Positions 1-9,287 of a stretch of DNA of 35,602 bases are shown piece after piece. Position numbers and translations under genes: made by a program. Positions within the stretch are counted from its first letter, which is position 1, and every line of letters starts with the position of its first letter. The DNA comes from a virus (taxonomy: Duplodnaviria > Caudoviricetes), in the IMG/VR virus record IMGVR_UViG_3300037313_001385, positions 1-35,602 of that record. The stretch is one strand, 5' to 3'. The notes below the pieces were generated by a model. It had not been told where the DNA came from. It did no database searches and was given only the letters and a program-made list of their open reading frames with translations.

Positions 1-1228
1 TTCGCAGCGCCTGCTTTTGGTCCTTGACCAGGCGCAGCGTAATGCTCGCTTCGCGCGGCTTGCCGTCGGCGATAATGTCGCCGCTGCTGCGCACGATCGG
101 CGCCGCGAAGTCGTTCCACTGCTGGGTAGGCTCGATGTAGCGGGCGACGACCGAATTGACCCATTCGGCGTCGGATTCGGACAGGATGGCGTGATTCCAG
201 CTGACCTTCCCGCCGCTCATAAGGTCGGCGTCGGTGATCGTCACGACCACGCTTTTCGATTGCCCAGGCTCGAGTTCGACCGACCCTTCGCGGGTGATCA
301 CCGACCCGCCTGTCGCCAGCGCGAACATGCCTTCGACGTCGATGAATTCCTGGTTGGCGTAGATCGGGCCGGCAACCCGATAACGGGGGGCGCCATCGAC
401 CACTTCGTCGCACAAGTTGGCTGCAGCAAAGATATTGGCGGGCGGTGCTTCGGCCGCGGTCAGGCCACGCCCGACCAGCAGCTGCGCCGGGTTGCTGACC
501 GCGCCGTCGGCGAAGATGCCCCGCGCCCAGTTGTAGCGGCAGACTGTAGGGTTTTCCGACCATTCCCAGGTCGACGAGTCGGTCCAGCGGTGCGTCCCGG
601 AACCGCCGACCGTGCTGTCCTTCCTCGGGTCGTAGCGCTTGCCGCCCTTCAGGACGAACCCGAACCGCGGCCGCCCGCCCGGCCAGCCAGGATGCTTGTC
701 GTCGGCCTTGTCGGCCTTGTAGGCGACGATGACATCGCAGCCCGACCGGCCAATGTCAGCCGACGTCCAGCCCGGGCCGTGCGTCGTGACGATCGACGGC
801 AACGGGTCGGTGCTGGTGTTCGCCCGGAAATACAGCACCAGCTGGTCGTCATAGCGCGGATACAGCCCGTCGCCGACATAGGCATTCCATTCGTCGTTCA
901 CATAGAAACCGGTCAGCGATTCGCACGGCTCGTCGGCAAGGCGGATGACCAACACTTCCCAGTCGGTCCCGTATTTCCCCCCATAGTTGAAGCCGTCGAC
1001 CAGGCTGCCGGCGGTGAACCCTTCGCCGACGAAGATTGCGCGGGGCTGCTCGCCCAGCTGAATCTGCATTTCCGACGCCTGGCGCGCCGGGGCCTTCGGC
1101 ATCGTCAGATCGACCACCGCCTGGGTGACGATCATCGCCGAACCCTGGATGATCAGGCCGACGTTGCCAGTGAGGATGCCCGCGACGACCAGGACAGCGC
1201 CGACGATGAACCCGACAACCTTGCTCAC
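1..1228 (-). CDS. Tail tip / host-specificity (gpJ-like) protein, 3'-truncated by window edge
   Basis: Not in ORF track; translated by hand from GTG at 1228 (GTGA overlap with upstream stop): MSKVVGFIVGAVLVVAG...YDPRKDSTVGGSGTHRWTDSSTWEWSENP, a motif typical of alphaproteobacterial tail-tip proteins. Position after the Dit/hub/NlpC genes fits. Confidence 0.85.
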   Translation of the reverse strand, partial: MSKVVGFIVGAVLVVAGILTGNVGLIIQGSAMIVTQAVVDLTMPKAPARQASEMQIQLGEQPRAIFVGEGFTAGSLVDGFNYGGKYGTDWEVLVIRLADEPCESLTGFYVNDEWNAYVGDGLYPRYDDQLVLYFRANTSTDPLPSIVTTHGPGWTSADIGRSGCDVIVAYKADKADDKHPGWPGGRPRFGFVLKGGKRYDPRKDSTVGGSGTHRWTDSSTWEWSENPTVCRYNWARGIFADGAVSNPAQLLVGRGLTAAEAPPANIFAAANLCDEVVDGAPRYRVAGPIYANQEFIDVEGMFALATGGSVITREGSVELEPGQSKSVVVTITDADLMSGGKVSWNHAILSESDAEWVNSVVARYIEPTQQWNDFAAPIVRSSGDIIADGKPREASITLRLVKDQKQALR

Positions 1229-1653
1229 TTCGCGTTCTTCCGTTGCCGCTTGACGATGACCGCCGACCAGGCCGTGACCATTGCCGACCGCTTCAGCCGC
1301 CGCGTTCCGCCTTCATCCGGGCCGACCAGCATATCCCCCTCGACGACCATCGGGTGAATGCCGAAGTCGGCATCGGGCACGCCGGCAATGTCGCCACGCA
1401 TCGCCAGTGCCGGCGGGATGCGCTCGAAATAAGCATCGAACGCCGCCTCGAGCGACCCGAACCTTTTGACGATCATCAGCGCTTCGCGCCGGTTCGACCA
1501 GTCGAGGTCGGGCGCGGGGTCTTCGCCGGTCAGGGCCGCGACCGCCGCCAGCGCGAACGACCCGCAATCGTTCGCTCGCCGCCCATAGCCATGGGCCGTC
1601 GCCGCGCGTTCGTCGAGGAAGGCAACCAGCGCCTGGCCGTTGCGATTCCTCAC
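1225..1653 (-). CDS. DUF6950-like / NlpC-P60-like tail assembly protein (gpK position)
   Basis: YG..NDC..FA..AV.A.TG.D and A.RGDI motifs; located just before the tail-tip gene. Confidence 0.75.
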   Translation of the reverse strand: MRNRNGQALVAFLDERAATAHGYGRRANDCGSFALAAVAALTGEDPAPDLDWSNRREALMIVKRFGSLEAAFDAYFERIPPALAMRGDIAGVPDADFGIHPMVVEGDMLVGPDEGGTRRLKRSAMVTAWSAVIVKRQRKNAK

Positions 1654-2825
1654 GATGACACGCTGCCGAACAGGCCGCCGAGCAAACCGCCGCCGCCATG
1701 GGCTTCGCCGGTGCGCACCGGGCGCTTGCCGCCCCAGTAGAGCATTTTTTGCGCCGCATAGGCGGTGTGCTTAAAATAGCCGTCGCTGGCGGAAATCAGG
1801 CGCTGATCGGCGTCGGCCCGCATCCTCGACCCCGAACGGCCAAGACCCCGGGCGGCGCTTTCGACCGCGCCGGAAATGGCTGCCGCGGCGCCGACGACTT
1901 CGTCGCTGCCGACGGCATCAAGGCGGCCACGGTCAAACACATGGGCGTCGAGCAGGGTTTTACCGTCCGACGCGAAGATCAGGCGATAGATGACGACCGC
2001 GGCGCCCTTATAGGCTTCGGCGTCGTCCATCAGTTCCAGCAGCGCCGGCTCGATGCCCGACAGGGCTAGCGTCAACCCTTGCGCGACGCCGCCGATTGCG
2101 CCTGCGGACTGCTTGGCAATGAAGCTGTTGCCGACGCCGGCAAACGACTGGCCGCCGATCAGGATTGGGCCATAGCCGCCCCAGATGCGCAGGGTGCTGC
2201 CGACGCTGGTCGCGGTCAGGGCATCGACCTGCATGAATTGCCCAGCATAGGGCTGCGACACGGCGATCGGGTGCAGCACGTCGTCGTCCGGCGCCGAAAC
2301 GCTGGTGTTATTCTTGACTTCCTTATTGTCGGCCGATTCGGACTGCAGCGTGATGGTCGCGCCGACGTTGACCGTGACCGCCAACTCATAGTCGAGCGCA
2401 GTCAGGTCGAAATTCGTGAAAGTGCCGTTGTTCAGCCAGTAGGTCGCCGGGGGGTCGGAAACGATCAGCTTATAGCGGTTGACGTTGGCGTGGTTGCCCG
2501 TCGCACCGGTATAGACATAGCTGGGCGTGCCCGCCGACCCGCCGCTATATTCGTTCAGTTCGACCACGCCCCGGACCCGAAAGGTCGCGTCGACGGTGCC
2601 GCCCGCTGGGCCGGTCACGGTATAGACGTCGGTGGTTCCAGACCCGCAGTTGTAAACCGTGGAACTGAAATCGCTTAGGCCGGGCAACTCCCAGGCGAGG
2701 CCGCTGAAGTCGGTCAGGAAGTCGGGGGCAACGACGCGCTCGATCGGGATGATTTCAACCGCACCGGTGACGATCGCTTCGCCCGCCGTGATCGCCGCCA
2801 TCGCTTCGACGGTGATAGTCTTCAC
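1650..2825 (-). CDS. Tail hub / minor tail protein (gpL position) with large internal insertion
   Basis: Start moved to GTG 2825 (GTGA overlap with upstream stop). C-terminal RIWGGYG...LTLALSGIEP...RMRADADQRLI...LYWGG resembles siphophage hub proteins. Confidence 0.7.
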   Translation of the reverse strand: MKTITVEAMAAITAGEAIVTGAVEIIPIERVVAPDFLTDFSGLAWELPGLSDFSSTVYNCGSGTTDVYTVTGPAGGTVDATFRVRGVVELNEYSGGSAGTPSYVYTGATGNHANVNRYKLIVSDPPATYWLNNGTFTNFDLTALDYELAVTVNVGATITLQSESADNKEVKNNTSVSAPDDDVLHPIAVSQPYAGQFMQVDALTATSVGSTLRIWGGYGPILIGGQSFAGVGNSFIAKQSAGAIGGVAQGLTLALSGIEPALLELMDDAEAYKGAAVVIYRLIFASDGKTLLDAHVFDRGRLDAVGSDEVVGAAAAISGAVESAARGLGRSGSRMRADADQRLISASDGYFKHTAYAAQKMLYWGGKRPVRTGEAHGGGGLLGGLFGSVSS

Positions 2826-3517
2826 GCGCGCAGGTCCTGAATTCCGGTGATGCTCCCGCCCTGGACCGCCAGACGGCGGTTGATCGCATCGACCCGCGAC
2901 TGGTCGCCGACCAGCGCCATCACGCATTTGGGATGGTCGAGATAGGCGACCGCCGTATCCGGCACGCAACTGGGCACCGGCGGTTCGACCGTCACGGTGA
3001 TGGCACCGGTGTCATCGGCCGAGCCGGCTTCGACGACCCGCACCGGGGCATGCCAGGTGATGCCGGCGACGCTGTCTTCGGTCGCGGTCCAGCGGAAGCC
3101 CACATAATCGCCGATCGACAGTTCCAGATCAGCCGGCACGCCTTCCAGCGTCAGTTCGCTGTCGCCGTCGGTCGTAATCACTTCGAACCAGTCGCTGCAA
3201 TCGCCGGTGAACGGCGTGACATCGTCGATCAGGGTCATTCCAGCGAAGCCGGTGATATGGGCCAGCGGAAACGGGCGGGCGAGGTCGACGCCAAGGAACC
3301 GCCGGGTCGCGCCGCGCAGGCGCAGCATGAAGGCGCGCAGTTCGTCGGACTTCGCCGCCGCGATGACCCCGATCGTCCATTGCCCCAGCCACAGTGGAAA
3401 GCCCGCCTGCACGCCGCCGATTCGGCCCGATGCTTCGGGCGCTCCGAAGTCGACGCGCTGCAATTCGAACGACTGCTGCGCGAAGCCCGACGTCGGCAGG
3501 TCCAATGGTGCTTTCAC
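2822..3517 (-). CDS. Distal tail protein (Dit-like)
   Basis: Immediately follows the tape measure gene; FPLW...LRAF..RLRG..R.F...D..RP.P pattern. Confidence 0.7.
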   Translation of the reverse strand: MKAPLDLPTSGFAQQSFELQRVDFGAPEASGRIGGVQAGFPLWLGQWTIGVIAAAKSDELRAFMLRLRGATRRFLGVDLARPFPLAHITGFAGMTLIDDVTPFTGDCSDWFEVITTDGDSELTLEGVPADLELSIGDYVGFRWTATEDSVAGITWHAPVRVVEAGSADDTGAITVTVEPPVPSCVPDTAVAYLDHPKCVMALVGDQSRVDAINRRLAVQGGSITGIQDLRA

Positions 3518-3524
3518 TTGGGCT

Positions 3525-6503
3525 TCAGTTCCTGATCAGGAAGCGCTTGCGCGCATCGTTGTAGGTTTGGACGATCTGCCCCGGCAGTTCGGCTTCCATG
3601 CGATCCAGGCGCGCCTGGATCATCGACACGGCGCTTGCGTCGGCGCCGCGAAAGTCGTTGTGAAAGGATACCGCCAGGCGCGGGCCGCCGTCGTTGTCGG
3701 CTGCCATGCGCCGGCTTGCCGATGCCGTGTAAACCTTGGACCCGGTCGGCATCGCGACCAGTTCGGGGCCGTTTTCACCGACCCAGGTCATGCCGCCAGG
3801 GGCATATTCGGTGCCGGCGGCGTGCCCCCCGGCGACGGCGCCAATGACAGCCTTGAACAGGGCGACTTCGGCTTCCTCGAGCGCTAGCTTGATCAGGTCT
3901 TCCAGGATTTGCTTGGCGACATTGTGGAACACGTCGCCCAGTGATTTCGAATTGACGATCGCGTCGGCCAGGCCGTCGTTCAGCGACTGCAATCCCTTCG
4001 ACGCGATTCCTTCAAGCGCGTCGTTCACTTCGGATGCGGTCTGCGGAATCGACTTCAGCCACTCGACCAGCGGCGGCATGTTGTTGTCGTTCGCACCCTT
4101 GCGTGCGCGGTCGCGTTCTTCGGGCAGGTGGTTGATCTGGTCCTGAAGGTCGGCCGCGTCCTGCGTATTGCCGGCGAGTTCGGCGAGCGCCTTCAGATAT
4201 TCCAGGTGGCGCTTCTTTTCCTCATATTGCAGGTCAACGATCTGCAGGTCGATCGCGCGCCGTTCTTTGGTCGAACGGGCCTGCGATTCGGCGAATTCCA
4301 GCGCTTCCAGCTTATAGCCGGACTCCCGCTCGGCAAGCATGTCCTGGCGCTTCATCGCTTCGGCGTTGCGCTCGCGTGCGATCGCCGCCTGGCGTTCCTT
4401 CAACAGGTCGTCATTAGCCTGCTGCAGCTGTTGGGCACGGGTCTGCGCCAGCTGGCTGGTCGCCTCGCCATACTTGCCCTGCGCCAGGCTGGTCGCGATG
4501 TCCTTCGCTTCGGCATCGTGGTCGGATTGGACCTGGCGCTGCTGAACCGCAGCCTGCGCTTCATAGCCGACCGCGACCTTGCCCAGTTCGCGCAGCAGGG
4601 CATCGTTCAGCTTGGCCCGCTCGGTGTCGAACGCATCCTGCGCGCGCAGCGCCTGGTCGGATGCTTTCTCGGTTGCCGCAGCGGATTCCGACGGCGTCGG
4701 CGGGCGGCGGATGGCCAGGACCGCGGACTTGCTGAACGTCGCTTCGCCGACCCGGTTGCCCGTGTTGCCGCCCAGGATTCGGACGTTCCCGGCCTTGTCG
4801 ATGCTGTCTAGGAAGCCGGCGTGGGTGCCCGATGGGCTGGCCGCGCTCTTGACCACGACAATGTCGCCGCGCTGGGGTGATCGCGTGTCGTCCTTGCCAT
4901 AGGTTAGGAACGACTTGGCGGCGAGGCTGCCGCTGCCGGTGACCCCCCCGGCGGCCAGCACGGCGTTGATGAACGCCGCGCACCATGCGGTCTTTTCCGG
5001 GTCGACGTTGCCGAGAAACGCCTTCAGCTGACCGCGGTCGCCCTTTTCGGACATGCCGCGATATTTGCTAGCGATGCCGAAGAAGGTCGCGATCTGTTCG
5101 TTGAAGATCGCGGTTCCGCCGGCGTTTTCGGGACCCTTGCGGTTCGCGTCCTGCTCGGCCTTGATCTTCGCGTCGCGCTGCTGGCGCAGCAGTTCGGTCT
5201 GTCGAGCGATTTCGTCGGTCGTCGCATGTTCGGCGACAAGCCGCTGGCGGGTCGATTCGATCAGCCCGTCATAACGCTTTTTGATGCGGTCGACCGGGTC
5301 GCGCAGGACCGCTTCGACATAGACTCGCGAGGTTGCTTCCTGGACCTGCTGCGCGGCGATTGCCGCATCCGATTCCGCCTTCTTAAGTTGCTGCTGAAGG
5401 TCGGCGACCTGGCCCGAATAGAAGGCGATCGCGGCTCCGGCGCCGGCCCCGCCGGCAGCGCCGAAGGTCTGCTGCCGCGCGCTCTGCAGTTCGGCTTCCT
5501 GCTGGTGCAGGATGGCGACCGTGGCTTCGCGGATGCGCTGGGCCTTTTCGGCCTGCGCCAGCGCCGACGCCAGCGCGCGCTCGGCGGCCGACTTTTCCGC
5601 ATCGGCCATGCCGTCCAGCGCCTTGCGATTGTCGCGCAAGGCCGCGGTGACGCCTTCTATCGTGTCGGCGAAGGCGGCGTGCGCGCGATCGTTGACCGCT
5701 TCCTGGTCGGCTTCCTTCTTCAGCTTCGTAACCAGGCCGTCGGATGCGTCGCCGGCCTCGAGCAGCCGCCCGATGAACGGCAGCAGCACGACCGCGGCCG
5801 TCGACAGGGCGATGCCCCAGGGGCCGCCCAGGAACTTGACGACGGCATTGCCTTCGCCGCCCATCATCTGCATCGCCTGGATGACCTGGCCGGACTGCTG
5901 GGCGAAGATGATGCCGGCGCGGGTGCCCAGCGCCAGCTGCTGCGCGACGTCGCCGGCCTGGAACGACAGCTGCTGGAAGCCAGCGCGGGTCTGCGCCCGC
6001 ACATTGTTGTTGCGCACCGCCGACTGGGTCGCTTCGTCGAGCAGGCCCTTTTCGTTGGCGAGCAGGCGCAGATAGGTTTCTTCGTTGAGGACCCCCAGGC
6101 CCTTCAGCCGATTGATCTGCTCGACCTGCGCCGTGTAGCGCGACTGCGCCGCGAACAGCGGGTCGACGGCGGCGATCAGCGCATGCGCTTCGCGCTCGGC
6201 CCGCTCGAGTTCGGCCGCAAGCGCCTTGGCCGAAGCCGCGGCGGCGCCGGACTGGCCGCCGCCAACGCCGGTCGCGCTGTTGATCATTTGCTGCGCAGGG
6301 GTCGCGGTCGCTTCCGACAGGCGCTGCGCGGTTTTCGCGGCGCGCGCGGTCAGCGCTTCGATCTGCGACGTCTCGGATTCCCACTTGGCGCGCAGGCGCG
6401 ACGCCTGGGCGCTGCCGGCATCCGCGATGTCGGCGAAGTCCCGCTGGACGTCGCCCTTGCCACTGGTGGCAAGGCGGATAGAAACCTGCGGGCGTCCGGT
6501 CAT
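3525..6503 (-). CDS. Tail tape measure protein (lambda gpH type) with internal TIGR02594/CHAP-like domain
   Basis: 992 aa, Ala/Gln-rich and helical; QLSFQAGDVAQQL...FAQQSGQV N-terminal motif; C-terminal GHAAG...VGENGPEL; lies downstream of the chaperone. Confidence 0.93.
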   Translation of the reverse strand: MTGRPQVSIRLATSGKGDVQRDFADIADAGSAQASRLRAKWESETSQIEALTARAAKTAQRLSEATATPAQQMINSATGVGGGQSGAAAASAKALAAELERAEREAHALIAAVDPLFAAQSRYTAQVEQINRLKGLGVLNEETYLRLLANEKGLLDEATQSAVRNNNVRAQTRAGFQQLSFQAGDVAQQLALGTRAGIIFAQQSGQVIQAMQMMGGEGNAVVKFLGGPWGIALSTAAVVLLPFIGRLLEAGDASDGLVTKLKKEADQEAVNDRAHAAFADTIEGVTAALRDNRKALDGMADAEKSAAERALASALAQAEKAQRIREATVAILHQQEAELQSARQQTFGAAGGAGAGAAIAFYSGQVADLQQQLKKAESDAAIAAQQVQEATSRVYVEAVLRDPVDRIKKRYDGLIESTRQRLVAEHATTDEIARQTELLRQQRDAKIKAEQDANRKGPENAGGTAIFNEQIATFFGIASKYRGMSEKGDRGQLKAFLGNVDPEKTAWCAAFINAVLAAGGVTGSGSLAAKSFLTYGKDDTRSPQRGDIVVVKSAASPSGTHAGFLDSIDKAGNVRILGGNTGNRVGEATFSKSAVLAIRRPPTPSESAAATEKASDQALRAQDAFDTERAKLNDALLRELGKVAVGYEAQAAVQQRQVQSDHDAEAKDIATSLAQGKYGEATSQLAQTRAQQLQQANDDLLKERQAAIARERNAEAMKRQDMLAERESGYKLEALEFAESQARSTKERRAIDLQIVDLQYEEKKRHLEYLKALAELAGNTQDAADLQDQINHLPEERDRARKGANDNNMPPLVEWLKSIPQTASEVNDALEGIASKGLQSLNDGLADAIVNSKSLGDVFHNVAKQILEDLIKLALEEAEVALFKAVIGAVAGGHAAGTEYAPGGMTWVGENGPELVAMPTGSKVYTASASRRMAADNDGGPRLAVSFHNDFRGADASAVSMIQARLDRMEAELPGQIVQTYNDARKRFLIRN

Positions 6504-6505
6504 GG

Positions 6506-6865
6506 TCAGGCGGGTTCCTCTTCAATGTCGTCCAGGTCGTCGTTGAAGCTCGCCAGGACAGCGGCTTCGAAGTCGGGCAGGGCTTCGGCGATCAGTTCGG
6601 CGTCAGCACCCAGCGCTTCGCCCATCTTCAGCACCGCGACGAAGTCTAGCCCGACCGGCACCCCGGCCATGCCGGCGGTGCGAAGTTGGCGCTGGCAGGC
6701 GGTCAGCGCTTCCCACGCCCCTTCGCCGTCGTCGGTTTGGAGCGCGTGCTTTTTGTAGGGGCATTCGGCGCAGCGGCCTTGCGCTTCGGCTTGGCAGCTA
6801 AGCTGGCAGTAGCGTTGCCCGGCGTCGCCGCCGCCGAAATGCCATTCGGCGAGCCGGACAAGGCG
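6506..6865 (-). CDS. Tail assembly chaperone T-frame (reached by -1 frameshift; G-T fusion about 264 aa)
   Basis: Open -1 frame after A_AAA_AAC (6871-6865): RLVRLAEWHFGGGDAGQRYCQLSC...CAECPY...GLDFVAVLKMGEALG...EEEPA*, stop at 6508-6506. Confidence 0.85.
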   Translation of the reverse strand, partial: RLVRLAEWHFGGGDAGQRYCQLSCQAEAQGRCAECPYKKHALQTDDGEGAWEALTACQRQLRTAGMAGVPVGLDFVAVLKMGEALGADAELIAEALPDFEAAVLASFNDDLDDIEEEPA

Positions 6866-7299
6866 TTTTTTTCCGCACGCCGCTGCGCGTCAGGCAGGAC
6901 ATAGCCGGCTTCCAGCTTGTCGAAGATGTCTTCGTCGGCCAGCAGGTCGTCGATCGTGCCCTTCGGACGATCGGACGCGGCGGCGGTGCGGATGCGCGTC
7001 GCCTGGTCGGGCGTCAGGGCGAGCAGTTGACCGGCGGCGTCGCCGATGCCGCCCCATTCCCGGACACCCATCCGAATCAATTCGGCGCTGACCAGGTCGC
7101 CGACGTCGCGCAGCTGCAACGGGTCGAGGTCGCCATATTCGACACCGGCGGCGGTCAGTTCGGTGCGCGCCACGGCGAGCGCCCGGCGGCGCATCTTCGG
7201 CGTAATCGGGTCGAACAGGACGAAGGCTTCGGGTTCGTCGCCTTGCGCCTCGCGCAGCACGACGCGCACCGCATCGGGTGCCTTGCTGATCTTGAGCAT
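6703..7299 (-). CDS. Tail assembly chaperone (gpG-like)
   Basis: Between tube and tape measure genes; globular part ends at the AEKN slippery site, followed by a low-complexity tail. Confidence 0.85.
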   Translation of the reverse strand: MLKISKAPDAVRVVLREAQGDEPEAFVLFDPITPKMRRRALAVARTELTAAGVEYGDLDPLQLRDVGDLVSAELIRMGVREWGGIGDAAGQLLALTPDQATRIRTAAASDRPKGTIDDLLADEDIFDKLEAGYVLPDAQRRAEKNALSGSPNGISAAATPGNATASLAAKPKRKAAAPNAPTKSTRSKPTTAKGRGKR

Positions 7300-7320
7300 G
7301 AAAGACTTTCGGGTTCGACG

Positions 7321-7349
7321 GGCGGCGCGGCCATCGGGGCCGCGCCGCC
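7321..7349 (-). terminator. 12-bp GC hairpin just after the tail tube gene (terminator or mRNA-stabilising stem)
   Basis: GGCGGCGCGGCC (7321-7332) / GGCCGCGCCGCC (7338-7349); no clear U-tract on the minus strand. Confidence 0.55.
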
Positions 7350-7358
7350 GTCAGATCA

Positions 7359-8618
7359 TCAATAGCTGGCGACGTCGTTCACCAGTTCGACGGTGCAGAC
7401 GTTGCCGTCGGCGCCCGACGCCTGCCAGTCGAAGCTGGCCTGGATTCCGGCGGGGCCGGTGATCGGGCGCTTCGACCGCGGCAGGAAGGCGCGCTCATAG
7501 CTGAACGTCAGGCTGTAGCCGCCGACGGTCCAGCCAAAGGTTAGCGCAACCGGGGTGCGGCCCTTGGCCTTGTTCAGCATCACCTGGTCCTTGAACCGCA
7601 CGGTGACGTTGCCGGTGCCGCCCGACATGCCCGGGTCGGCGTCTTCGATTTCGCCGTCGGGCTGGATGGTTTCGACTTTGTCGAGGTTGTTCGAATAATT
7701 GAGCGTCGCCGCGACCACGCTGCCCAGCTGCACGCCGTCCATCGTGATTTCGCCGGTCGCCTGCGCGAACCGGGTGACGTCGATCGTCGTCGGCGTGCCG
7801 GCGCCGCTGACCACTGCCGGGTCGTTCGCGCCCTTGGCGACGATTCCCAGGTTGCAGTTCAGCAGGCCCCTGCGGGTGAGGCCGATCTGCATGGTGCCGC
7901 CGCGCCCGCCATAGTTCATTTCGAAGTTGGGCACGTCGGGCATCGCAATTTCGATCGACCGGCTCGGCAGGCTCGATCCTCCCGAACTGAACGTGTGCTT
8001 GTTCGAACCGCCGGTGAGGGTGTCACCGCTGACGGTGCCGTTCGACCCCGCAGCCGCGGCGAGCGTGAACGCGTTGCCCGCCAGGCCGGCAGTGTCGTAG
8101 GCGACGTGCAGGGTCGTCGTGCCGGTCTTCGAATAGGTCGCCTGGGCAACCCCGGAAACGACGCTGCCATTGAGCACGGTGACCAGGTTGTCGAGCGTGT
8201 CCGACAGGGTCGCGCCGATGTTCGACTGGTTGCCGGTCGCGCCCGACGCCTTGAAGGTGAAGGCGGTGCCGTTGATGGTCACCGTCGAATCGACCGCCGG
8301 CTGACCGCTGAACACGATGTCGCCGCTGGCATTGCCTTCGGCTGCCGTCACCGGGTCGCCGAAATACAGCTTGAGCCAGTGGCCGAACCCGCGGACGTCG
8401 ACCGGCACGACCAGGTTCCCGTCGTTGTTGACGACGTCCAGCACCGGGTCTTCCGGTTCGCGGCCCTGACCGAGCAGGTCGCTTTCGATCAGCCCCTGTT
8501 CCGGCCCCAGGTCGCACGACACGAACGGGACCTGGATATAATTGCCGCCCGGCGGGACACCATAGGTGGTTTCGTCCTTGATGTTGAGCAGGGCGTTGGC
8601 GCCGCGTGCGCGTCCCAT
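7359..8618 (-). CDS. Major tail tube protein (Phage_tube_2 type) with inserted domain
   Basis: MGRARGANA...ETTYGVPP...DLLGQGREP...GHWLK..FG...LPSRSIEIAMPDVP...ITGPAGIQASFDWQA; RBS GGAG upstream. Confidence 0.9.
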   Translation of the reverse strand: MGRARGANALLNIKDETTYGVPPGGNYIQVPFVSCDLGPEQGLIESDLLGQGREPEDPVLDVVNNDGNLVVPVDVRGFGHWLKLYFGDPVTAAEGNASGDIVFSGQPAVDSTVTINGTAFTFKASGATGNQSNIGATLSDTLDNLVTVLNGSVVSGVAQATYSKTGTTTLHVAYDTAGLAGNAFTLAAAAGSNGTVSGDTLTGGSNKHTFSSGGSSLPSRSIEIAMPDVPNFEMNYGGRGGTMQIGLTRRGLLNCNLGIVAKGANDPAVVSGAGTPTTIDVTRFAQATGEITMDGVQLGSVVAATLNYSNNLDKVETIQPDGEIEDADPGMSGGTGNVTVRFKDQVMLNKAKGRTPVALTFGWTVGGYSLTFSYERAFLPRSKRPITGPAGIQASFDWQASGADGNVCTVELVNDVASY

Positions 8619-8661
8619 AGTCGTATCTCCCGTGAAGCTGGATTAGAGGGTGCGCCGGGGG

Positions 8662-8823
8662 TCAGCCCGCGGCCTTGGCGGAATGGATTTTGACCAGATG
8701 CTTGGCCTTGGCTTCGCTGATGCAGCCGGCCTTCGCTTCGTCGCTGACGGTCAGCGTGTCGCCGGCAGCGTGCATGCTGCCAGTGTTGTCGGGGCATGCG
8801 CCGTGCAGCACGATCGCCTTCAT
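8662..8823 (-). CDS. Small hypothetical virion-region protein (53 aa)
   Basis: MKAIVLHGACPDNTGSMHAAGDTLTVSDEAKAGCISEAKAKHLVKIHSAKAAG*; AAGGAA RBS upstream; fills the gap between terminator and tube genes. Below the ORF-track cutoff. Confidence 0.7.
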   Translation of the reverse strand: MKAIVLHGACPDNTGSMHAAGDTLTVSDEAKAGCISEAKAKHLVKIHSAKAAG

Positions 8824-8855
8824 CGTCGTTTTCCTTCTTGGTTTGGGGCGGGCGG

Positions 8856-9287
8856 TCAGCCCAGCGGGTTGGTCGTCGAATATTCGAGCGTCAGCGGAAC
8901 CGTCGCCCAGTTGGCGGTCGCGACGGCGTTCGTGCTGCGGTCGTTGAAGTCAGGCGCTTCGGCGCCGAAATAGTCGCACAGGCCGCCCAGGAAACGGTCG
9001 GCGGCGATGGCCGCGCCCAGCGTCACCAGCATGGCGTCGAGCGCCGCGCCGCCGTCGCCGTCAGGCCCGACGACTTCCAGGAACATCGTGTGCGAATAAT
9101 TCCAGGTCAGCGGCGACAGGTCGACTTCGGGGTCGCCAGGCTCGCCGGGGTGGCCGATCACGCAGCCGTTTGCGCCGGCACGCGCCGGCTTGGTTGCTGC
9201 GGAGTCGAAGCCGTGCAGGTCGGCCAGCGGCAGCGCTGCTGCGACCAGCGCCTTCACCGCCAGGATGCGTTCCATTGCCGGGGTCAT
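8856..9287 (-). CDS. Tail terminator / completion protein
   Basis: G.PG.PEVDLSPLTW.Y.H...DRFLGGLCD...LEYSTTNPLG; position before the tube gene. Confidence 0.75.
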   Translation of the reverse strand: MTPAMERILAVKALVAAALPLADLHGFDSAATKPARAGANGCVIGHPGEPGDPEVDLSPLTWNYSHTMFLEVVGPDGDGGAALDAMLVTLGAAIAADRFLGGLCDYFGAEAPDFNDRSTNAVATANWATVPLTLEYSTTNPLG

